Both the position numbers and the translations under genes were made by a program. Positions 53,084-64,000 of a DNA stretch of 64,000 bases are shown in pieces. Source of the stretch: Octopus sinensis (taxonomy: Eukaryota); assembly GCF_006345805.1 (NCBI RefSeq), contig NC_043005.1:68448001-68512000 (forward strand), in the 5' to 3' direction. The notes beneath the pieces are model-generated. The model saw only the letters and a list, made by a program, of their open reading frames with translations. It searched no databases and was not told the origin of the DNA. Each line of letters starts with the position of its first letter. Within the stretch, counting starts at the first letter, position 1.

Positions 53084-53830
53084 TCAAACTTCCTTTTTCT
53101 ACCTCACTCTTCATGGATGGACTAACACAAATATATAAAGATACCATGCATTCATCACTTCAAGCTAAAACTTATATTCTTTAAATATCATTTTTACTAT
53201 TGTTGTTATTACTATCATTTTGATTATAAATGATATGACAATCTGAAATGCAATTGTCTATGCAGATTTATATAATTAGAAAATAATATAAATAAAGTGT
53301 TAAAATCTGAAAGTTAAGTTAACAAACAATTATATAAAAGAGATAACGCAAATGAAGCTAAAATGATAATTTTATAATTTGGGTTTAACCAACAGCCTTT
53401 ATTGAAGAACTCAAAAGAGTTGTCTCCCCTTACTCACAACACAGGAACTGAAGAACCACAATTACTACTACTTCCTGCTCTGCCAACATCCTGAATTAAA
53501 CCAAACAACACATGCTCTTAATCCCATTGGATCCTAATACCTCAAGGTAATTTTTTCGTGAACAATCATTAAACTCAAGATACACAACGAATTCACAATG
53601 TATCGGAGTACTTATTTTTTAATTTTTGTACATTCTATTATTATTCTTTTGCAAAAAACAATGCAATTTTCTCTTTTTCCCCTTTCTAATTTTTAAAAAA
53701 CTTTTTTAACATAAATATTCTTGACGAAAACCGGTTGAATAAATATATATTTATATATTTTATCAATTTCTCATTTTATTAAAATTTTATTTCATTTGAG
53801 CATTCTGCATTTAAAAAAAAATTTCCTTGC

Positions 53831-53887
<57 letters not shown>

Positions 53888-53899
53888 TATGTACATATA

Positions 53900-54442
53900 G
53901 TATCCTCACCCTAAATCACTTAAAAGATTCTCACAAAGGCAAAATTGTTTTCTGAAATTACGGATGCAAAAGTAAAAAAATGTGGTAGACCGAACTGTGC
54001 AACATGTCCAAACGTGCTAGAAGGATCGGAATTCCTCTTCATAGAGGGACAGAAATTCAAGATCAAATCTAATTTTACTTGTGCCTCTGAAAACATAATT
54101 CATGTCATAAAATGCTCGGGCTGCCACCAAAACTACGTGGGGTCCACGGGACTATCACTCAGACGTAGATGCACACTGCATCGACAACAGATTGCATTCC
54201 CAGAATACAGAATGATACCCTTTAGTGAGCACATTGAGAAATGCGCAAAGCAACTACTACCACATTTTTTAATCTTTCCATTTTACCAATGTGCTATCGG
54301 AACACCAACACAAGTTAGACTAAACAAGGAAGCATTCTTCATTGAAAAATACAAGCCCAAAATTAACCATTCCAACATTCTAATACAGAGAAACTCACTC
54401 CCAAAAAAAGGCAAAGAAATATTAAGCGATTATCTACCTTAA
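53900..54442 (+). pseudogene. Second Neptune-type Penelope GIY-YIG 3' fragment (different subfamily)
   Basis: VKKCGRPNCATCP..NIIHVIKCSGCHQNYVGST..IFPFYQC..KEAFFIEKYKPKIN; homologous to but distinct from 52559-53083. Confidence 0.9.
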
Positions 54443-54519
54443 ACCGGAAGAAATCACTTATTACCTCCCCTTATCTGGAACTCTCTCCTTGACACTTCTC
54501 AACGTAAACATAATGATGT

Positions 54520-54559
54520 AAGAAATTTGAAAAGCTGAACGCGAAACCGGTCATTTCTT
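54520..54559 (+). ncRNA. Degenerate hammerhead in Penelope 3' UTR
   Basis: AAGAAAT TTGAAAA GCTGAACGC GAAA CCGG TC ATTTCTT: 7-bp stem I, palindromic ACCGGT stem III, GUC site; CUGANGA box mutated. Confidence 0.5.
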
Positions 54560-54687
54560 CAAAAACTATGTCATTGTATGAAAAAAATTTATAACATTCT
54601 TCAGACATAATGACTCAAATATATATTTTTTAACCTTTTAAAACAAGCCTTCTGTAATTTTTTCACTTTTTACTATTACTACTACTA

Positions 54688-54734
<47 letters not shown>

Positions 54735-56329
54735 TAGGATAGTGGTGTTCCTGTATAAATATATTGCATGCTTTTCGTAGGCACTCTTGACATCTATATT
54801 ACATGCATTTCCAGTGGGTAAATACAAAGTTATAACGTTCTTATTTTGTTAGTCAGGCGACCACATAGCGTTTCCTTCATCGGCTCACTACAAGACGTCT
54901 CCAAGACTTGTTTCATTGTTGTTTTAGAGACAGGAAAATTAATTATTAGTAAACACGTTTCGTACGAAGACGATAAGCAGCCATCCATTTTTTGATATGT
55001 TCGAGTAACTTTGCGTTTAGATTAACGTTTTAACCAGACTAAATTGCGTTCCATCGTCTTTAATGAGACGCAAGTCATCTAGGCATGGTTTTGTGGATCA
55101 CTTAAGTTTCAGAGTATATTTACTAAGCACTGCTTGGGAATTCAAGTTTTGCGGTTATCATAAGCCTTACACCTACTCTTGGAAATAGAAGCACATTATC
55201 GGTGGCTTCCAAGAAGTGCTTCGTTTTGTACATGAATTCCCTTGGGAAGTCACTACACGTACGTACGTATATAATTAAAAACAAGTTTCAATTTAAACTT
55301 GCAGAAAACTGTTAATAAATACGCTATCAGTTTCTTTGCTGTCATATTTTTTGTATCCATTTCATTTATTTCTACACCACTTGTTTATTTATTTATTTAT
55401 TTATTTTTTATTTATTTAATTATTTATTTACTTAATCATTTATTCCTTTATTTTGTATGGCTGTCTTCTCTCACACTAAAGAAATTTTTCCTCTCTTATT
55501 TACCTAATTAAACAATTACGATTATAAGTTAATCAAATTCACCTTACTTTCAAGCATCGCTCATTACATTTGTTTTATAGCATTAAGCACATTATCCCAT
55601 ATTGCTTTCAGATCAGATTTTTTTGCTTCTTATATCTAATTCATTTACTTCAAAGCTATTTTACAGTTTTGTTTATATTGTAGTTTTGCTTAATATTTTA
55701 GTCTGGGTTTACAATTCATGTTGGTTATCCGATATTCAATGAAGAAATACAAAGAGGTATAATAACTAAAGCAAAAATAAATGTCTAACTCTCACAAAAT
55801 ATAATGTATCTTGCAAAACAAAGTTTTCTTTACTAATCAACATTTTTCTTAGTTGTATTCGTTCTCATAACGAATTACACATTCTAGATTCGTCTAGGTT
55901 TACATCCGGCTGTTGTCAAACATAGAAAATATATATGAAAAAAATTTAATAAAAATAACGGAAGAAGCATCAAATTAGTCGCCACAAAGTTCACCTTGTT
56001 ATTTACAATACAGCCGGGATTTTTATTTCCTACTTTGAAAACTACCTTTTCTAATCCTAATATAATACAAAATGATAACGAACACAAAGTTTTTAATACT
56101 GATGATGATGATGATGATGATGATGATGTTGACGACGACTACAACAACAATAAAGATGAGATGTTAATAATAACCCCCTTTCCATTCTGTTCCTCGTTCT
56201 CATCATCTTCACTACAGTCAGTATATTGACAATAGTCATAGTAAAACATGCCAGTATTACCATCATAATCGACAATGCCTTCATCATATCTTCCAAATGA
56301 AAGTGGTTATTAATACAAGTATTGATATG

Positions 56330-56535
56330 AGAGCTGCGAACTAGAGGAATCGTTAGTATGCCGGAAAAAAACGCTTTGTCCGACCTTATGTTCTGAGCTC
56401 AAATTCCACTGAGGTCGACTCTACCTTTCATCCCTTTCGGTGTCTATAAAATATGTACTAGTTGAGTCCTGGAGTCGATATAATCCATTTATCACTCCCT
56501 CGAAGTTGATGGCCTTGTGCTAAAATTTGAAAACT
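56330..56535 (+). mobile_element. SINE family C, diverged
   Basis: GAATCGTTAG..TTCTGAGCTCAAATTCCACTGAGGTCGAC..CCTTTCATCC. Confidence 0.75.
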
Positions 56536-57287
56536 ATATAGTATTGATGTGTTTAAATGCCTTATTACGGTAGAAGGTAGTTTCACTCTTCATTTGAACC
56601 TATTTATCTTTGCTTGGTATCAAGTGGTTGTCTGGGAACAAGTTTCAGAGAGCGATCAAAATAATCGTTTAGATCAAAAGATTTGATGACTGAGTATCAG
56701 TGGTACAAAATAAATCCCTTCTACCTCCAATTGACAACACGGACACACTATTCGATCTGTTTCAGTTGCGCTGTGTATTTCTTGCATTTGTTTAGTCAGA
56801 CGTGGAGGTGGCAAAGTAGTCTGTGTCTTTATTGGCCTTGACAAATTCAGAAGTCGAATATTTGATATTAGTTTGAACTCTTGTAAGTTGATGTCTCAAA
56901 TGGAAAATACGAACAGGGAAGTTTCTAGAGGCTTTTAATTGAAAGGCCAAATGTTTATTGCAAATCTACTGACTGTGTCATTCAATGTAGATTAACTTAT
57001 GTGGTTAGTATAAGGCTTTTAATTTTAGGCAAGTAGAAGAAGGTACAGAAGTTAGCACAATGAAAAAACCTTATGTCTACAGAAACGAAGTTTGAAGATT
57101 TATGTTTTCCCAGTCATCTGTGATATTGTAGAAAATACATGGGTATAGCAGCTTCTATATTTCTCTGTATAAATGCAATATTTCAAAAAAAATATGTATT
57201 GTTCGCTAATAGATAGTGTGTAAAATTAATGAGATTCACCTATATGTGTCTAATGTTTTCGCACTGTTGCCAGTATTAAAATGTCCC

Positions 57288-57505
57288 AAGGCGACGAACT
57301 GACAGAATCGATACTGCATTGGGCAAATTGCTAAGCGGCATTTCTTCCATCATTACGTTCTGAGTACAAATTTGTCCGAAGTCGACTTTACCTTTCATGA
57401 TTTTGGGGTCGATACAAGAAGTACCAGTTGAACTATTTCATTGATGTAATCGACTTAATCTCTCCCCGATATTACTGTCCGTGTGTCAAAAATCTGAAAC
57501 CAATA
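57288..57505 (+). mobile_element. SINE family C, diverged
   Basis: GGCGACGAACTGACAGAATCG..TTACGTTCTGAG..GTCGACTTTACCTTTCAT..GGGGTCGAT..AAGTACCAGTT..GATGTAATCGACTTAATC. Confidence 0.8.
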
Positions 57506-59244
57506 TTAAAATGGTCCATTCCCTTTGTACTATGTTGTTGTTTAGGCATAGTTCAGTCTTGGTTGATCAAAACTCTGATCAAAGAAGCTTCAGCCACGTC
57601 TATCGAATATTTTTGTAAAATCTTGTTCCACATTATACAATATCTTCACGCAGAGATGATATAGGAGGGAAATATGGTCGCTATTTTTTGCATGACTTCC
57701 TTGATAGCTTTGGAAATTGTAAGTATTCACAGATGAACGTGTACAATTTGATTTGTACATAACACTTAGTAGTTCAGAAAATGAAAATTTATTAGTTTCC
57801 GAGGGAGAAGAAACTAAAGTATTTTCTAATTTGCCTAGCTCTTATTTTATCAATATTTGAATACTGCACTACATACCTCCTGTATGATTAACAAAACATT
57901 CATTCATCATACAGTGTTCTAATACTTATAATTGTAAGCATAACAGAGTACATACTTTAGGGTAGATATTAACAGTTAATCAGATTTGTTGGGATCATTA
58001 TCGACATTGTCGATGATATACAAATCATCACATACCTGATAGAAGAATCTATAGGGGGTGAAATTTTTCTGGTAATAAATTTCAATGTCCGGAGGTAAGT
58101 GTTTATATTGACCGGATGTGCATGTCTTTGTATTATCAGCCTACTCCTCTTTCTTCTCATCCTCCTCATCATTATCACGTTAAATTTAATACCATCGTAA
58201 AAGGTTAAAAGGCTTGGCGTTTCATAATAATTCTTTTATAAATATATACGTGACCAATCCAGATTAATAATGGTCTTTTCCTTCGTCTCTTTCACTAATA
58301 CTTGCCATGATATTTACGCTAGGTGGATGCCACTTCATCAAACTTGACAATATAGAAACCCAGAATATATCAACATAGGGCAACAAGCTGAGAACAAATT
58401 TTAATAAGATGCAAGATGACATTTTCCATGCGAAAAGCCACAAGTCCCTACACTAGATCACCATTCACTTCGCAAAATGCGATTGTCTATACAAAGCTAA
58501 GATCGCCCATTTATGTGTACCAAAGCTGGTAAATAGTTGTTGATCTTGAACCATATTTGAAGTATTGCATGTTGTGTTCATTATCACACATATAATAAAA
58601 CACAATGTGTTTCATATCGGTCATACTAGTACAGGGAAAATTAAAATAGCAAGCGGAGAGAGAGTGAGTGAGAGTTAGAGAAGCTAAATGCAAGTGAGCT
58701 GCAGTGGGAAGTTTTGTTGTGAAATACACAGGCATTTTAATCTAAATAAAATTGCAAATTTTGTCGTAAATAATATATATTTTTTATTAGTTTCATACAC
58801 AAGCACATATATGTACATGTAATACTGAAGTTAAATAGTAAACTTTTTTGTTCTCAAAAAATATTGTCGTTCACGTTACATTTATAGATTATGTATGCAT
58901 GTATGTATGTATGTATGTAAGTATGTATTACGTATGTATGTGTGTATGTGTGTTATTACATTTTTCTTCGGTTTTAGTTCGTTTTCCCATGCATGACGCT
59001 GACTCTTATTTATATATATATATATATATATAAATAAATTTGTGTGTTTATCTATGAATGTGTGTGTTTGCCTTTGGGTCTGTGTTTTCCCCTATCACCG
59101 CTTGACAGCCGATGATTTGTTCCCGTCCCAATAACCAAGCCGCTCGGTAGAAGACACCGATAGGATCAGTGCCTGGCGTACAAAAATGCGTACTGAGGAT
59201 TGATTCAGCGTGACACACTGAATGCGAAAAGGCTGTCCCATTCA

Positions 59245-59378
59245 AGTACAGGTACAGCTGAGTGGATTGGAGCAACATGAAATAATGTGTCTTGCTTGAG
59301 GACCCAACGTGCCGCCGAGAACCGAGCTTACGACCTTACAATCGTTAGCCGAGTACCCTAACCAGAAGGCCGCGCGTT
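59245..59378 (-). mobile_element. tRNA-derived SINE head/core, third family
   Basis: Minus strand GGCCTTCTGGTTAGGG..GTCCTCAAGCAAGACAC..TGCTCCAATCCACTCAGCTG. Confidence 0.6.
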
Positions 59379-59439
59379 CCCACACTAATATGTAAAAATC
59401 TTTGTGTATATATATGTTTATATATACATATATGCGTGT

Positions 59440-59671
59440 GCGTGTATATATAAATGCGTATATACGTAATATATATGTGTATATATACATATATATATGT
59501 ATATATATATGTATATATATATGTATATATATATATATATGTATAATATATATATGTATATATATATGTATATAATATATATATGTGTATATATATGTAT
59601 ATATATATGTATATATGTATATATATATATATGTGTATATATATGTATATATATATGTATATATATATATG

Positions 59672-59742
<71 letters not shown>

Positions 59743-59804
59743 GTATATGTATATATATATGTATATATATATATATGTATATATATATATGTATATGTAT
59801 ATAT

Positions 59805-59835
<31 letters not shown>

Positions 59836-59885
59836 GTATATGTATATATATATATGTATAGTATATATATATATGTATATGTATA

Positions 59886-59930
<45 letters not shown>
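59440..59930. repeat. (TA)n/(TATG)n microsatellite
   Basis: Direct reading. Confidence 0.97.
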
Positions 59931-59931
<1 letters not shown>

Positions 59932-59938
59932 AAGTATA

Positions 59939-61894
59939 ACCTCCAACAATGCATGAAGACCCTCATCAATAACCAAAGATCAGCTGAGGAGAAGTGGGCC
60001 ATTGAAAAAATCAAACTCAACCCCAAAGTGTTCTTTTCATTTGCGAGGAAACGCAGGGTCACTGTCTCCACTGTAGGCCCTCTAATTGACGAAACTGGCA
60101 CTCTCCAAGATAATGCCAAATCCATGGCCGAGATACTGCAGAAACAATACTGCTCTGTTTTCAGCAATCCTGATATGGCCGATCTGGGCTGTATCAGTGA
60201 TGTCAACCCCCAACACACTATATCGGACTAACGTTTAGTGCCCCTGATGTCTTAGCGGCGATAAACGAAATAAAACACAATTCAGCAGTAGGCCCCGATA
60301 GGTTCCCTGCTTGTGTCCTGAAGGTGTGTCGACACCAACTTGCATCTCCCCTTGCTAATCTGTGGAGAAACTCACTGGATGCTGGCTATATTCCAAAAAA
60401 CCTTCTGTCCCAGTCTGTTGTCCCAGTTTTCAAAAAGGGAAACAAGTCCCTTGCAGTGAATTACCGTCCGATCTCACTCACCTCTCATATCATCAAGGTA
60501 TTTGAGAGGGTGGTGAGATCTCGAATAACCCAATTTCTGGAAAGCAACAGACGGCTGATCTCCAACCAACATGGGTTCCGTAATGGAAGGGACTGCCTAA
60601 CGCAGCTCCTGCATCACTTTGAGGACATTTTGAGAGCTTTGGGAGGGGCTCCAACACCGATGTCATCTACCTTGATTTCAGTAAGGCCTTCGACAGGGTC
60701 GATCACAAGATCCTATTGAAAAAACTATCCAACATTGGTGTCTCTGGAAAGTTACTGAAATGGATTAAGTGTTTCCTGACAGACAGATCTCAACATGTTG
60801 TAGTTGAAGGGGTAAAATCAAGCCCAGCCAAAGTCAGTAGTGGCGTTCCGCAAGGCACTGTGCTGGGCCCACTTCTTTTCATCATTTACATTAATGACAT
60901 TAATGACATCATCAAGCACAGCAACATAAAAATCTTTGCAGATGACTCCAAGCTACAGAAGGTCATAAATGAGGCGAGTGACCGGACATGCCTTCAGTCA
61001 GATCTACTGGCTGTTATCCAATGGGCAGAAAAAAACAATATGCTGCTGAACGAGGATAAATTTGAGCTAATCCACTTTGGAAAAGAGGATGCCCTGAAAC
61101 TCCCATACTCCCTCCTTCAGGTGAAACTCTCGCGGCGTCCAACAACATCAGAGACGTGGGAGTAATTGTGGACAACAACGTAAGCTGGGCCACTCATATA
61201 AACACCAAAGTTGACATGGCCCGCAGAATGTGTTCCTGGATTCTCAGAACTTTCCAGTCGAGAGATATCCACACCATTATCCTTCTCTTCTCCACTTTTG
61301 CCCGACCCCACCTTGAATACTGTTGTCCACTGTGGTCTCCCCACACAATACAAGGTAACATAAAAGTTGAAGCACCTCAAAGGGCAATCACAAAAAAGAT
61401 AGATGGCATGACAGGCCTCGACTATTGGGGTCGACTAGAAAAGCTAAAACTCTATTCTCTCCAACGTCGTCGTGAGCGCTACATCATCTGCATGATGTGG
61501 AAAATATTCCATCAGCATTGCCCAAATGATGTTGGCATCACCTTTAAGGTACATCCAAGGCTTGGGCCCCGTGCCATCCGCCCAAAACAAAAATCGCACT
61601 CTCATCTCATAACAACAATACGGCACAATTATTTCACCTCATTGGCCCCGCTCTCTTTAACATTACACCAAAACACATTAAAACAGAAACTGACCCTATA
61701 GGGTTCAAGAAGTCTTTGGACAGATTCCTTCAAGAATCCCGGATATGTCTCTGTAAACATTAACTCTCTACTTGAGTGGGCCATAGTGCCCAAATTCTGA
61801 CTTGAAAGACTTCACCAGGTGGTGCTATTAAGTTAGACATGGCCTGGGCCAATAATGGCGGAAACCTATCAAAGTATCAAAGTATCAAAGTATA
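59939..61894 (+). mobile_element. 5'-truncated CR1-group LINE, RT region with frameshifts and (AAAGTATC)n tail
   Basis: NPKVFFSF; SAVGPD; VPVFKKG; NYRPISLTS; QHGFR; IYLDFSKAFDRVDH; SGVPQGTVLGPLLFIIYIND; FADDSK; RPHLEYCCPLWSP; LYSLQRRRER. The 3' end is an 8-bp tandem tail. Confidence 0.95.
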
Positions 61895-61916
61895 TATGTA
61901 TATATATGAATGTATA

Positions 61917-62009
<93 letters not shown>

Positions 62010-62073
62010 ATATATATATGTATATATATATGTATATATATATATATGTATATATATATGTATATATATATAC

Positions 62074-62106
<33 letters not shown>

Positions 62107-62135
62107 TATATTGTGTGTGTGCGTGTGTGTATGTG
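61895..62135. repeat. (TA)n microsatellite
   Basis: Direct reading. Confidence 0.95.
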
Positions 62136-63030
62136 TTTGTTTTACTGTCTCCTTGTTTTATCATTGGACAATAAGTTGCAAGCGAGTTTCGCTCTCATCA
62201 AGGCCTGTTCTTTGTTGCCAATCTTCTATGCATTCACGTCTTGGCATAGTGAAATATTACTTTACTTACAAATGAGAGTTGGCGTCAAGAAGGGCGTCTG
62301 GTTTTACAAAATATGTTTGTTCCATATGAGTATGGAAAATTATGGAAGCTTATATATTGAGTGGACGGTAACAATTTTAACCGAGAGGTTAAATCATTTC
62401 TGATTGTTCAAGTGCTTTGATTCTCTGTATGCATATATATTAATCGATTACTGACATTTATCAATGATTTCTGTCATGTTGATGCACGATTAGCAAAATT
62501 GTCGGTATTTTTGACGACATGAGTATGCTAGTATAGTGTGCTACCACTATTATATTAAATATTTTATAAGTTTACATTATGATATCTAATGTGTATATTT
62601 CTCCACTAATATTTATCTAAGCTTTCTTATTTATATTAATCCAGAACATTTGCGTCTACATACTACGGTATAAGTGTAAAAGCATTCAAGTGATTTCGAA
62701 TGGAATAAGTATATTTTTCCATACATAACTTAAGTAGTAGTACAAAAGTATATTGTAATTAATGGGAACAAATTAAGTGGAAAGAATTAGAGTGCGTTAT
62801 CTCAAAGATGAGTGACGTTGCTTCGAGTAGCGTTTTAGGTTATTATTGACAGAATGCGTAGAAAGAGTGTGACCATTTATCATGGCTTTGAATGACAAGG
62901 TTCCGTGTAATACCATATTCTGTGAGGAAAAGTAGAAGACTGAAAGAGCATCTCACGGAGTGTCTCAATGCGGACTTCAGGCCGGCACTGCCTGGTGTTC
63001 AGTTCCCTAACTCGTTTAAAGCAAGCAGGG

Positions 63031-63269
63031 CTTTTTATTCCTTTATTGCCCACAAGGGGCTAAACATAGAGGGGACAAAAAAGGATAGACAAAGGGATTA
63101 AGTCGATTACATCGACTCCAGTGCGTAACTGGTACTTAATTTATCGACCCTCGAAAGGATGAAAGGCAAAGTCGACCTCGGCAGAATTTGAACTCAGAAC
63201 GTAACGGCAGACGAAATGCCGCTAAGCATTTCGCCCAGTGTGCTAAAGTACCTGCCAGCTCACCGCCTT
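63031..63269 (-). mobile_element. SINE family C with 11-bp TSD
   Basis: Near-identical to 18968-19204; TSD AGCAAGCAGGG at 63020-63030 and 63270-63280. Confidence 0.92.
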
Positions 63270-64000
63270 AGCAAGCAGGGTTTCTAGAATATTCGACCAG
63301 GATATTTGTTGGCGGGAAGTTTCCAGTTTAATCATTTTTACACCATCTGATGTGACTGACAGAGCCATGTTCTCGCAAGCGTTTAAACATTTCATAGCTT
63401 CATAACTTGCCTTGTCATTATGCCCTATACAAGCCGTGGTCCTGAGCTGGGCCACTTGAACGTGATAGTTCAAAAGTCAGCAGAAGCCTTGCTACACAGT
63501 CTAAGGTCACGGCTCATAACACAAAGCGAGAATTCCGTACACAAGGAAACGAATTGCTGAGACAATTTCATAGACAGTCTAATCTATATCAGTACATGTG
63601 TGATCCCTGTTTATCGACTCGACTTTGCAGCAATTGGTTTTTATTTCTCTCAGTATTATAGTACATCGAATACTGCCTTTGTTGACTCTGCTGTTCATCG
63701 TTCCGCAAGAATCGATAAAATAACACCCAAGAATATTTGGAAATTAATGCAATTAACTATATAATATTCCCCTCATCAATTGGTCCAGTGCTTTCAGTAA
63801 AATGTCCTTCTCATTGTATTTGTTCTTGTTTTTTTTTTAGTGTTCTTTGTAGTCATTGCTGTTAAAGTCCTTCTGGTTGTATCGAATGACAGTAATTGAA
63901 GCCTCCTTTGTAATTCTAAATAACAAAGAAAAATAACAATAAAAGAGAAAAAATACTCTAGCTTTAATTAAGTTTTTGACTTCCATTAGTAGATGACTGG

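Overview
AT-rich, microsatellite-dense eukaryotic intergenic or intronic DNA. The SINE and LINE families look like those of Octopus (coleoid cephalopod); this is an inference from repeat content only. No host protein-coding gene is supported, and nearly all ORFs in the track are (TA)n/(CA)n/(TATC)n artefacts. The real content is transposable elements: many tRNA-derived SINEs of at least 3 families, a full-length decayed mariner with TIRs and TA TSD (14457-15717), and a Tc1/maT fragment. There are also RTE, CR1/L2, HERO-like and Dong/R4-like LINE remnants, a Gypsy-type LTR plus PBS, a non-autonomous Helitron, a Helentron-type HINE, two fold-back MITEs, and a cluster of three Penelope-like elements (48.6-54.7 kb). 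The most notable signal is a non-coding ~478-bp unit present as 3 tandem copies plus ~1.2 inverted copies (10025-12058). Each full unit carries a minimal type I hammerhead ribozyme with an intact core, making it a retrozyme/circRNA-like candidate. About nine further hammerhead-like motifs from several unrelated small families occur in the window, most of them degenerate.
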